DNA of 64,000 nt from a virus, in the IMG/VR virus record IMGVR_UViG_3300005676_000020, positions 32,001 to 96,000 of that record. One strand, given 5' to 3'. Below are positions 19,475-28,237 of this stretch, piece after piece. Numbering within the stretch: position 1 is the stretch's first letter; every line of letters begins with the position of its first letter. The notes below the pieces were generated by a model. That model was not told the origin of the DNA. It worked only from the letters and a program-made list of their open reading frames with translations, and did no database searches. A program made the position numbers and the translations under genes.

Positions 19475-20524
19475 TCAAATTTCCTGGAACAGGGAAACTT
19501 TTCTAACACCTTTATTCTGGAAATCTGTATAGGACATGTTCCAGATTCCGTACGAGGAATGCCATGCAATCTCGTCAAGTATCTGGTTAACCCCTTTATA
19601 TTCTCTTCCGTTACGGGTGAACCCTTTCAGGCCTATTTCGAGGTCCTTCATCGAAGTAGTGTAGATTAACGGCCCTTCCATTACATTCTGGCTTGCTACA
19701 ATGAACTGCATTGGCATAATTTCCAGTCCAGGGTAATGTTCTGCAGCCCAAGCTTTTACAGCTTGGTAGTATATAGACCACTGCAGATAGTACCGGTGTT
19801 TAATCACGTTCACCTCAAAGTTCCAGCCTACCGTCTTAAGGTCGTAGATGTATATCTTCTTCTCTTTCAGGTCTACGATGATAATATCACACATAGCCTT
19901 CATGTCATGACCCTGGTATCGGAACTCGATAGTTTGTTCCCGCAAGACTATCGTATCCTTGTCGCTCCTGCGGTTTACTATATGAGCTGTTACACTATTG
20001 GTTTTCAGCTCGTTGACCGTCATATTGGCAAAGTCGAATGTTCTGAGGTCTATCACCTCCTTGCCATAGTTGTCAACCTTCTCTTGGTAGTAAGGTAAGC
20101 CTTCGTTTCTGAATCTATCATAAACTTCTTCAAACGACTTACCTTTAAATGATACTCTCTCGCCGTTGCGGTCGAACGCAACCTGGTCGAACGCCTCTCT
20201 TACCAAACCCTGATCTGGGTCTCTTACCAGCTCTCCTCCTGTCGCCACTATTTTCCACAGGCTATCCACAAGTTCTTTCATCTGAGGTTTCGGAGTAATA
20301 CCTACTCTCAACGGACAGAATCTGTCGTCGAACTCTTCCGGCGTAAGTAGAAGACAATGAACCACGTCCCCGTAAAGGGTCGATGACTTTTCTTCGTCCT
20401 CTGGTTCCTTCAATATGTACTTCTTGTAAAACTTAAGTCGACTGTCCTCAAAGTCTTTGCAAGCACTGTAGTTAATGTACGGCAGCTTTTTATACTCACT
20501 TCTTGTTCTTTGTACAATTTGCAT
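19475..20524 (-). CDS. PD-(D/E)XK exonuclease (RecE/DUF3799-like)
   Basis: YS..K.F, G..VH..LL, KAMCD..IYDLKT, Y.LQ..Y. Confidence 0.8.
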   Translation of the reverse strand: MQIVQRTRSEYKKLPYINYSACKDFEDSRLKFYKKYILKEPEDEEKSSTLYGDVVHCLLLTPEEFDDRFCPLRVGITPKPQMKELVDSLWKIVATGGELVRDPDQGLVREAFDQVAFDRNGERVSFKGKSFEEVYDRFRNEGLPYYQEKVDNYGKEVIDLRTFDFANMTVNELKTNSVTAHIVNRRSDKDTIVLREQTIEFRYQGHDMKAMCDIIIVDLKEKKIYIYDLKTVGWNFEVNVIKHRYYLQWSIYYQAVKAWAAEHYPGLEIMPMQFIVASQNVMEGPLIYTTSMKDLEIGLKGFTRNGREYKGVNQILDEIAWHSSYGIWNMSYTDFQNKGVRKVSLFQEI

Positions 20525-20528
20525 GACG

Positions 20529-20536
20529 CAAATCTA
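20529..20536 (-). promoter_or_regulatory. TAGATTTG -7 promoter box
   Basis: 4-nt spacer to ATG at 20524. Confidence 0.6.
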
Positions 20537-20785
20537 GGTATTTTCTTCGTAATTTCCAAGAATGGCTCCATTCTTGTTCGCTACACAGTACTGAGCGTAG
20601 CCTTTCATCACGGCTACTGGCTGAGTTTTCTTGCTCTTAGTGAATACTATCTTTTGAGAGAACATGGAGATGTTTGGCACTATGTGGCATTTGCCACGGA
20701 AATGGACAGACCACATAACCTTACCGGCTTTGAGAGATGCCGGTTTATTATAGTGCGCCGTCCATACGTAGTGTCTTCTCTTCAT
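20534..20785 (-). CDS. Hypothetical protein (HYNKP..SVHF.G.C)
   Basis: ORF in operon. Confidence 0.6.
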   Translation of the reverse strand: MKRRHYVWTAHYNKPASLKAGKVMWSVHFRGKCHIVPNISMFSQKIVFTKSKKTQPVAVMKGYAQYCVANKNGAILGNYEENT

Positions 20786-21089
20786 TTTTGGATTTTATCA
20801 TTGCTGAAAAAATAGCCGAATAGCAGGCCAAATCCATAAGGGTGTCATGTACTGACTCGTCCTTTACCTGCAAGGATTTTCCGGCGCTAAAAGACGCTAA
20901 CCTGCTCATTTTGTCCATCATCCTTGTCAGGATTCCGGTTTCTGCAGATATACCCAGACTCTTCACCGACTCAAAGTTGGCAAATGGATTGTCTGAGGTG
21001 TTTGTATAGTCGGAATTTTTAGCCTGTAGCGTATCCAGGCAAGTATCAAAGAAGCTTCCGCAGTGCTTTAAAAAATCGTTTTTATTCAT
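20748..21089 (-). CDS. Nucleotide-modification associated domain 1 (DUF1599, MazG-like) protein
   Basis: KNSDY, F.NF, RMMDKMSRL, DESVHDTLMDLACYS. Confidence 0.8.
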   Translation of the reverse strand: MNKNDFLKHCGSFFDTCLDTLQAKNSDYTNTSDNPFANFESVKSLGISAETGILTRMMDKMSRLASFSAGKSLQVKDESVHDTLMDLACYSAIFSAMIKSKNEEKTLRMDGAL

Positions 21090-21546
21090 GTATTCTACCT
21101 TTAAAAAATCTTAACACATGTCCATTCCAGCTATCGATAAAGATAGCCTTCTCCGTGAAAAGGTAGTGGGTTTCCCAATAAGATAGGCTTTGCCGGTCTT
21201 TACAGAACTTGAGTATGACTCGTTGAAAGCCCTCTGTAGAACCTCTTTTTTTTATGTATTCGAGAAGGGGTTTACAGCTACCCCAGTAATCCTTCCAACC
21301 ACTGTCTTTGTGTTCTACAACCACTCTTTTTCTTGTGCTTTTCCTTGCTTTCTTGCCAAGACGTCTCTTTCTCTTGTGCTGAAAAGCCTTCTTTCCCCAA
21401 TAAGGTATGCCTTTGTCATCTATGATAACGTAGACAAATCCATAGAACCCTTTAGGGGCAACTCTTATCTCTTTCTTCTTGAAAATCCAATTCATAGAAG
21501 GGCGAAGATATTGAATCTCCGCCCTTTTACAAAATTTAAAGTTCAT
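21082..21546 (-). CDS. GIY-YIG-superfamily nuclease
   Basis: YGFVYVI...YWGKK...WKDYWGS...E; true start may be MNWIF. Confidence 0.7.
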   Translation of the reverse strand: MNFKFCKRAEIQYLRPSMNWIFKKKEIRVAPKGFYGFVYVIIDDKGIPYWGKKAFQHKRKRRLGKKARKSTRKRVVVEHKDSGWKDYWGSCKPLLEYIKKRGSTEGFQRVILKFCKDRQSLSYWETHYLFTEKAIFIDSWNGHVLRFFKGRIHE

Positions 21547-22114
21547 CCAATGCTGACTTCAGTAAGTCTTCGATGTATCTCTTCTTCTCGCCTATTGTCC
21601 TGAAAGCTGGCATCTCAGGCTTTCTGGCAAAGGCCCCGGAGATATTCTTCTGAACTCTGATTTCTCCCGGAAGGGAGCTAATCAGCCTTCTCAGCACTGC
21701 ACCCAGGTCTCCTGACAAAGCGTCTGTTTTAACATAGCTCACGGTCAAATCCCTGGTATCTATCCAATCTTCCATTCTTTCGATGTAAAAGACGTCTATT
21801 TGGCCGTCCTTGGTAAGTTCAGCTAAAAGTCCTTTCGCTCCTATGTACGTCTTTTCCTTGTACTTAAAAGCGAAGGGTCTGGAGTACACGTCGATAACTT
21901 CCTCTATTTGAGACCGGGTGAGAGATATTAAGCCGGCACGTTTGCTCGTAGCATAGTACTCGAACTTATTCTCGTTCTCCATAGCCCCTCCCAGAAAATA
22001 GATTGGAAAGTTCACATCAGAATGGTCGAAGTACGTTCCTGAATTTGTCAAGACTGCCCTTTTGACAGCCTCATCAGCATAAGGAACTTGCTTGAATTCT
22101 GCTAACTCAGTCAT
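21536..22114 (-). CDS. Hypothetical protein translationally coupled to E1
   Basis: Overlaps the ThiF stop codon. Confidence 0.7.
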   Translation of the reverse strand: MTELAEFKQVPYADEAVKRAVLTNSGTYFDHSDVNFPIYFLGGAMENENKFEYYATSKRAGLISLTRSQIEEVIDVYSRPFAFKYKEKTYIGAKGLLAELTKDGQIDVFYIERMEDWIDTRDLTVSYVKTDALSGDLGAVLRRLISSLPGEIRVQKNISGAFARKPEMPAFRTIGEKKRYIEDLLKSALDEL

Positions 22115-22832
22115 TGCTGTACATGTTTAGTGGAACCATGTATTCATGGTAAAACGGAAGTTTTCTTATATTCTTCTCCTTTCCTGTGTTAAAAGCCCAG
22201 TTCGTAAGGAACGCCGTCATATGTGAGGCTATCATCGCCGCACAATGCGAAGTCTGCTTAAATGTACAATCCGCCTCCAGAACTTCGTTGTCGCTGAAAA
22301 GGTAATCCTTTTCGTAGCGGTCCATGTTCTCTGTACTGTCACCGGTAATGCTAAGTATTTGCATGGTCTCTGCCAGGAGTCTGCCGTCCATGAACAAGCA
22401 GTTCCTCCTGTCCTTAGGGTCAAGGCTCTCTACGTGCCGTCTCCAGTTCGCAAAGGCCACCTTTCTTGCAACCATGTTATCAAATCCGCAAAGAACCACA
22501 TCGTTCGTAGGCTCATCCTCGGTGTACTTACCAAAACACTCTACCACACAGTCGGGAGATAGCTCATTGATGAGCTCCTTCATAGCTTCTGCCTTATTCT
22601 TACCTAAGGCATTTTGCTTTACAATCTGACCGGTCATATTATGTTCTTCGTATATGTCGTGGTCGTAAAGATAAAGCTCACAGCCGAGACGGCTGACTAA
22701 AAAGGAAAGGTGAGAGCCTATCCCGCCCTGTCCCAAAATCATAACCGGTTTTTTATAGAGTGAAGGGAACCATTCGGCTCCCTTCATTCTTGCATACTGG
22801 CCCGGAACAACCAGTTCTTTTTCTTCTGTCAT
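22107..22832 (-). CDS. ThiF/E1-like ubiquitin-activating adenylyltransferase
   Basis: LGQGGIGS, YDHD..EEHN..GQ, NKAEA, GFDN..AR, DGR, candidate catalytic Cys in EADCTFK. Confidence 0.92.
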   Translation of the reverse strand: MTEEKELVVPGQYARMKGAEWFPSLYKKPVMILGQGGIGSHLSFLVSRLGCELYLYDHDIYEEHNMTGQIVKQNALGKNKAEAMKELINELSPDCVVECFGKYTEDEPTNDVVLCGFDNMVARKVAFANWRRHVESLDPKDRRNCLFMDGRLLAETMQILSITGDSTENMDRYEKDYLFSDNEVLEADCTFKQTSHCAAMIASHMTAFLTNWAFNTGKEKNIRKLPFYHEYMVPLNMYSND

Positions 22833-23830
22833 ACTTCTGAGTCTTGATAATCGTATTTTGCCAGGTCACGGAAACATTCTCCCAGGTCTTCAGTCGCATC
22901 GGCGTTAACCATGTGATAGTTATCTCTCAGAATCCTGGAGGCAGTTTCACAGGTGTTTTTGTAGCGCCTGAGTCCAGGGTCGCTTTCGAACCAGAAGCGG
23001 TAAGCCTCTCCACTCCTCTTTCTTATGCGGTCTTTTACAACCTCTTTCTCCTGCTTGGTTTTATCATCGTACTCGTTCAGGAGTTCGATGATGCTTTTTC
23101 CGCAGTTGACTTCTCCGGAGAGCAGATGTCTGATATAATTATACATTCCTCTCTCAACCTCTGAACCTTTTGGAGTTTTGCTTTTCTTGGTCTCAGAAGC
23201 CGTGCGAAAAAATCCTGAATCGGAAGTACCTCCGGGGGACTTCCTGGCTTTAATCTCCTGGATTCTTCCATTGACGTCGTCAACAGGGACATTTCCTGGT
23301 AAGGTTATGTCGCAATCGTAAACGAAGATATAAGTCTCTCCGTCAGGAACAACTTCCTGTGCGGGTTCGCCTTTTTCGTTCCGATATTCCAGAAGAGAGG
23401 TTTTCCTGACAGCTCTGAAGGCTATTTTAGCCACCATGTCATTGTAGTTGTTCACTATCAGCGACAGGTATATATTGTGGAATTCAGAGTTCGTTTCGAG
23501 CTCATCAGTATCCGTTCCGGAGAAGAACACTGACATTGAATTATGAGAATGAATATGACCTTTGGTAAGACCAAGCAGATGCTTGTTCTCCATCATATGT
23601 TTCACAATATCCGGCCCGTATTCATACTCGGTGTAGCCGGCAGTACCTATATCCATAAGATACAGTTCTTCAGCGCGGCATTTGAAATCCGGGGTTCCAA
23701 AAGAACCTTCGGTCTTATAGAATAGTACACCTGACCATTCTACATTAGGCACCTGCTTGCAGATGTGGCTTATCTGCATCTGCAGTTTTTCTGATATCTC
23801 CAGAGGCACCCGCATTGGAAGAGTTCTCAT
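22829..23830 (-). CDS. JAB/JAMM (MPN+) metalloprotease with C-terminal extension
   Basis: VEWSG plus exact H-x-H-x7-S-x2-D (HSHNSMSVFFSGTD); start could be 23929. Confidence 0.9.
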   Translation of the reverse strand: MRTLPMRVPLEISEKLQMQISHICKQVPNVEWSGVLFYKTEGSFGTPDFKCRAEELYLMDIGTAGYTEYEYGPDIVKHMMENKHLLGLTKGHIHSHNSMSVFFSGTDTDELETNSEFHNIYLSLIVNNYNDMVAKIAFRAVRKTSLLEYRNEKGEPAQEVVPDGETYIFVYDCDITLPGNVPVDDVNGRIQEIKARKSPGGTSDSGFFRTASETKKSKTPKGSEVERGMYNYIRHLLSGEVNCGKSIIELLNEYDDKTKQEKEVVKDRIRKRSGEAYRFWFESDPGLRRYKNTCETASRILRDNYHMVNADATEDLGECFRDLAKYDYQDSEV

Positions 23831-24842
23831 CTCTAACGAGTCTTTTGTAGACCATGCTTTTGATTTCTTCCCGTACGAACTTCGTGATTTCAGGCCTTGG
23901 GTAATAGGCTTGTTCTGATTTTTTTTCATTAATTACGTCTTTTACTATTGGTTTGTAATGGTGTCCTCTGAAGAACACCCCATGTCCGAAAAGCTCAGGG
24001 TTATTAAGAGCACTTTTGCTAAAATCGTTGTTTATTTCAGGTTCGACATATGTACCTGATTCTGTCCTGAAGCATATGTACTTTTTTCCGTAAGCTTCAT
24101 GGAGCTCTTTGCCGAAAACCTTTTCGAAAGGTGTTTTGATGATAACTTCTACGGAAGGAGAAGTTATAAGAGTCAGGTTTTCTTTTAAGTGACCCTTGCA
24201 TTTTGACAGGACTTCTCTAATATTGTGCTTGTCCGCGTCGGAAAGTTCGTTCTCGTGGACAATCGGCTTAACGGCTTGGTCTTGTCTGACGAAACCGCTC
24301 GAGTCTTCGACATTCTCCCACTCTAAGTATGCTTTCAAAGCTACGGCAAAAGCTTGGAATGGAAGTTCCTCAAACTGAGGTTTATGCCATAAAGCGGGTA
24401 TTATCTTAGACAAAGGGCCACTGCCCATACACACACCTTCAAAGTAACCAGATCCTACTCCGTGACCCATGTTGGCATGAGCATCAGGGACGTCAGTAAA
24501 CGTGGTTCTCGCGAAAATCGGAGCTTGATTGAACGTGCCAGTAGCTATGCTCAAACTAAAGTTCACGAATATATCGTTTACAATCTTCACTCGCTGCTCG
24601 TAGTGACAACGAACGATTATTTCATCGTACCGAACTAGTATAGGAAAGCTACCCCCAGGAAACCTTAGGCCTGCGGAAGCGTTGATCCTGATACATTCAT
24701 CGATATTTTCGTTGTAGCCGTTGATAATCTCGTAGTTCTTTCCGAAGCACCTGTCAAGAGTCTTCTCAATCCTGTCCCACAGATTCTTGTCCCTTTTGTC
24801 CCACTGGTTTCTTAGAGACACTTTTGATATTGCCATTAGCAT
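23745..24842 (-). CDS. Prokaryotic E2-like (UBC-fold) protein B
   Basis: ARTTF...HAN...VCMGSGP (HPN-like motif plus Cys); paralog of 24766..25818; operon context. Confidence 0.65.
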   Translation of the reverse strand: MLMAISKVSLRNQWDKRDKNLWDRIEKTLDRCFGKNYEIINGYNENIDECIRINASAGLRFPGGSFPILVRYDEIIVRCHYEQRVKIVNDIFVNFSLSIATGTFNQAPIFARTTFTDVPDAHANMGHGVGSGYFEGVCMGSGPLSKIIPALWHKPQFEELPFQAFAVALKAYLEWENVEDSSGFVRQDQAVKPIVHENELSDADKHNIREVLSKCKGHLKENLTLITSPSVEVIIKTPFEKVFGKELHEAYGKKYICFRTESGTYVEPEINNDFSKSALNNPELFGHGVFFRGHHYKPIVKDVINEKKSEQAYYPRPEITKFVREEIKSMVYKRLVRDENSSNAGASGDIRKTADADKPHLQAGA

Positions 24843-25818
24843 TTAAGTTTTTAGATAATACAACGTCTTCTATTGCACCTACAACCTGTTTAAGAACGTT
24901 CGGGGAAACTACGTAACCACCGGCCCGTAGTAAGTTCTCTGCCTTATCCGAAGCAATGGTCAGATGAACCCTCTGTCCCTTAAAGACAATATACTTATCT
25001 GGAAACACATGACCCTCCCAACTTCCGGGGGTGTCGACTTCCCTACTTTCCTGAACGTAAGTTTTAGTATAAGGGTCTTTAAGCGCTAAGAGATTAAGGA
25101 ACTTCTGAGCACATATATTCCCTAAAACTAACTCAAATGAGGGAGAAGCTATAACCTTCATGGAATCTCCCTCCTGTACCAGATTCAGATATTTCCATGC
25201 TTCGTGGTTTTTGAGCTCTTTAAGAATTTCGGCTAACTGTTCTTTTGTGGCTGAGGCCACTGCAGGAGTTTTGGAGTATCTTTGTATGTTTTCGTACCCC
25301 GGTTCTTCCCATCCAAGGAAGGCCCTCAGTGCAACCAAGAAAGCTTTGAACTTTGGTTCAGTGATGCATCTCCCCTGTTGTACACAACAACTGTCGAAAA
25401 CATCGTTAATAACACCATTTCCGGTACACAAACCATTAAACTTGTGTATTATCTTCGGGGCGTTAGGATGCGAATGAAGGTAACCACTTGTATATTCGTG
25501 GTAAGTAGCTTTCGTCCTGGCCACGTAGAACCTGAGATGCGGCATGAAAAGACCGTCGTTTTTTACAAAGAACCTTACGTATACATCTCGGATGACATGA
25601 CTTCGCTTATGTACGTTTGTAACTTCTATCGAGTCATACCGGACGGTCACCGGTGTCATATTCATACGAGAGGTTACCATTTCCGGATAATGCCGTTGCT
25701 CCGAACGCATTTGACTCCACTCCTCTTCAGTAACTTTCTCAGGGAAGTCAAAGTTCCCCTCTCCGAAGAAATCTTTAAGACATTTAGTTATGATTTCCCG
25801 GGTATTTTTGTTGACCAT
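24766..25818 (-). CDS. Prokaryotic E2-like (UBC-fold) protein A
   Basis: ARTKAT..GYLHSHPN...LCTGNG, F.AF.VAL.A.L.WE; operon context. Confidence 0.7.
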   Translation of the reverse strand: MVNKNTREIITKCLKDFFGEGNFDFPEKVTEEEWSQMRSEQRHYPEMVTSRMNMTPVTVRYDSIEVTNVHKRSHVIRDVYVRFFVKNDGLFMPHLRFYVARTKATYHEYTSGYLHSHPNAPKIIHKFNGLCTGNGVINDVFDSCCVQQGRCITEPKFKAFLVALRAFLGWEEPGYENIQRYSKTPAVASATKEQLAEILKELKNHEAWKYLNLVQEGDSMKVIASPSFELVLGNICAQKFLNLLALKDPYTKTYVQESREVDTPGSWEGHVFPDKYIVFKGQRVHLTIASDKAENLLRAGGYVVSPNVLKQVVGAIEDVVLSKNLNANGNIKSVSKKPVGQKGQESVGQD

Positions 25819-25857
25819 CTTGTTTCTTTTTGTAGATGGAAAAAAAGAAAGGTTGTC

Positions 25858-26145
25858 TTAGACAACCTCTCCACTTTTAACCCTTATCGGGGTAAGGAAA
25901 AGAGTCAGTTCCTGTTCTATGACACTCTCCTCCGTTAACAAATCTTCGTCTCTTTTCAACTCGTTTTGGTTTTCTCCTACCACTACTTTCATACCTTCAT
26001 AGTTAACACCTTGAATGGCAAGCTCTCTTTTGAGTTGACCGAAGGTCTTTGCCGTAGAATCAAAAGATGTTTGGCATGTACCGCTGGTATTATACACGGT
26101 AATTTTCCTTGTTGGTTGCTCTTTCGGAGCGAATTCCTGGGACAT
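25858..26145 (-). CDS. Ubiquitin-like (beta-grasp) modifier precursor ending KSG|EVV
   Basis: RKITVY-strand, TFGQLKREL-helix, L..D..L, LFL..KSG pattern; first gene of the E2-E2-JAB-E1 run. Confidence 0.75.
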   Translation of the reverse strand: MSQEFAPKEQPTRKITVYNTSGTCQTSFDSTAKTFGQLKRELAIQGVNYEGMKVVVGENQNELKRDEDLLTEESVIEQELTLFLTPIRVKSGEVV

Positions 26146-26161
26146 ATATTTCCTTTTTTTA

Positions 26162-26881
26162 TTATTTCCAGTCTATTTGTTGGTGGTCGCTGTGCTTTAC
26201 GATAAAATTCACTTTAGAGAACACTTTTTCATGTTTCCATTTCCTTTCAGCATGAGCGGCAGCGGCCGGATGTTCCGTTTTTATTATATAATGTTGTAAG
26301 GGATTCACATACCTTGCATAATACTGACTTTCCTTCCCGCAAAAGACGAGGGGCAACCCGTTATGTTCTTTAAGCACTTCCTCACAGAAGTACTTCATAA
26401 ACGGTTCCCACAATCTTATCTTTTTGTCCAGAACCCTAACCATAGAATGAGAATTCGGCCGGTTAAGCTCTACAGTAAGTGCAGTATTCAACATCATAAC
26501 TCCCTGACGACACAAGTAACTGAGGTCAGGATTTCGTGACCCTTTAATCTTAAGGTCTTCTTCCATTCCGTCGAAAAACAGCGAAAGAGAAGGTTGCTCC
26601 TCTTTGGTTATCGAACAGGAAAGAGCTATTCCATCGGCCACGTCCAGGTCTCCTTTTCTCCAGGGATACGGGTCCTGTAAGAAAAAGACACATTTAAGTT
26701 TGTCTTTAGGAGTTTCTCTGAAAGCTCTAAAGGTGTTCTGCCATGCCGGCAGAACAATCCTTCCTTGAGAGCTTCTGTTTCTGAGGTGGTCGTATATCCC
26801 GTCGCATGAGGGACTCTCAATGAATTTCTTCAAAGAGGGCCCCCATGTTCCGAGAAACTCACCAAACTCCTGGTAGTCCAT
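26162..26881 (-). CDS. ung: Uracil-DNA glycosylase family 1
   Basis: QDPY, ADGIALS, PSL, QGVMMLNTALT, HPAA. Confidence 0.93.
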   Translation of the reverse strand: MDYQEFGEFLGTWGPSLKKFIESPSCDGIYDHLRNRSSQGRIVLPAWQNTFRAFRETPKDKLKCVFFLQDPYPWRKGDLDVADGIALSCSITKEEQPSLSLFFDGMEEDLKIKGSRNPDLSYLCRQGVMMLNTALTVELNRPNSHSMVRVLDKKIRLWEPFMKYFCEEVLKEHNGLPLVFCGKESQYYARYVNPLQHYIIKTEHPAAAAHAERKWKHEKVFSKVNFIVKHSDHQQIDWK

Positions 26882-27153
26882 TAGTCGAAAACACCAGAAA
26901 TTGTGTTATCGAACGGGTTGAACTCCACCTGACGACCTACGAGCCAGGTACCTTCCTCTACAGGAATAGTATTGTGCTCCGCGTGGCTTTTTGTCAGCGG
27001 GTCGATGTGCGTCAGTTGACCGTTACGGCCTACGCAAATCTCGGAGAGCTGGTCTCCTTCCACGTACTTGATTTCATCTGCTACAAGTACGTGTTCATGG
27101 CGTCCTTCACCTTTCAGGATCAGGAGCTCCTTTGTGGTCTTCATTTTATTCAT
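26881..27153 (-). CDS. Small His-rich cupin-like protein (GE..H.H...H.EH..I..G.W.V.RQ.E)
   Basis: Motif pattern typically found next to DUF6745-like genes. Confidence 0.6.
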   Translation of the reverse strand: MNKMKTTKELLILKGEGRHEHVLVADEIKYVEGDQLSEICVGRNGQLTHIDPLTKSHAEHNTIPVEEGTWLVGRQVEFNPFDNTISGVFD

Positions 27154-27162
27154 AATCGTTGT

Positions 27163-27885
27163 TTAAGATTCCATTACTACTTTTTCGAGATACTCTTTTT
27201 TGCTAAGGTGGCGGAGCTGGCACTTTTCATACTTTCCGCTCTTTGGTTTCACCATAATGCAATCACCTGCACGAATAATCTTGTCGATTTGTCCTGCCGG
27301 CAGTTCTACCTGGATAGTCCAGGCTACAGCGTCAACCGCATCAGGTTTACTTACGCTACGACGTTCTCTTCCGAACGAGTTACGGCTATCCCATATCTCA
27401 GGGACGTAGATAAGATACTCCCTGTCGGTAGACGTACATTTACAGCGCAGGATGTAGAAGTCCTGGGCCCTTCTGAAGCTTCTGTCGGCGTCGCCGGCCA
27501 GCTTTTCACCCTTTACCTTGTACAGTTGGTACCTGTCCATAAAGCTTTCCAGCTTACCTTCTTTGTTCACCCGGGTAGATTTTTCGATGGTCTGGTCATC
27601 TACCAATTCAGGCTTAAGCTCGTTGAAGATTTTTTCGATGCCGATGTACTTGAAGCACAGACGACGGCTTTCCAGGTTCTGGATTGATAACGCCTCGGTC
27701 ACGGTAATCTCACCGGATTTGTCCCAGGCCTCTCTGAGCATTGCCTCAGCCTCTTCGGGGAAGTGAGGAGATGCTTTCAGGAATGATTCAAATGAACCTT
27801 TGTGTTTTGCTTTTACCACCTTGATACCGGTGTCAAAGTCGAATCGACACATCTCGATTCTGAAACTTGGCTTCTGATCGCTCAT
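27163..27885 (-). CDS. DUF6745-like protein
   Basis: N.E.RR, C.ST.REY.IYVP, A.DAVAWT. Confidence 0.65.
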   Translation of the reverse strand: MSDQKPSFRIEMCRFDFDTGIKVVKAKHKGSFESFLKASPHFPEEAEAMLREAWDKSGEITVTEALSIQNLESRRLCFKYIGIEKIFNELKPELVDDQTIEKSTRVNKEGKLESFMDRYQLYKVKGEKLAGDADRSFRRAQDFYILRCKCTSTDREYLIYVPEIWDSRNSFGRERRSVSKPDAVDAVAWTIQVELPAGQIDKIIRAGDCIMVKPKSGKYEKCQLRHLSKKEYLEKVVMES

Positions 27886-27907
27886 AGTTGCTTTTTTTAG
27901 GAGTTTA

Positions 27908-28237
27908 TTAAGTTTTTAGTTTTTCCTTTTCGTAAAATTCCGTCAACGCTTTCACTACGTTAGGAATTTCCTCTAATGGGATTTGTATTCCTACTCCCCC
28001 TGCTAGCTTAGGCGCACCTCTCGTTTGTAAATTCCTTCCAAGACGAAAACCGTCCATCGTAGATAAGCCTACAGTCCTTACAAGAACGGCCTTCATTCCA
28101 ACACTGTCCTCAAATGGATGATGGAACTCTGATTCTTGGAGTTCCAGCCCAAGGCAAACCTTCTTGTTGGTTTTGGCTGACCATACACCCGCCTTGGTAA
28201 ACTGTGCTGGTAACTTATACATTAACCTTTTATTCAT
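27908..28237 (-). CDS. Hypothetical protein
   Basis: ORF coupled to primase stop. Confidence 0.55.
   Translation of the reverse strand: MNKRLMYKLPAQFTKAGVWSAKTNKKVCLGLELQESEFHHPFEDSVGMKAVLVRTVGLSTMDGFRLGRNLQTRGAPKLAGGVGIQIPLEEIPNVVKALTEFYEKEKLKT

Noticed and set aside
19462-19578. N-terminal extensions of ORF-track calls (RecA, also GIY-YIG 11574, HNH 53864, 50746..51186)
   Set aside because: They overlap upstream genes or promoter boxes; downstream ATGs fit better
22107-22832. ThiF as a thiamine/molybdopterin or tRNA-thiolation enzyme
   Set aside because: No ThiG, MoaE or rhodanese partners; linked instead to JAB and Cys-bearing E2-like genes
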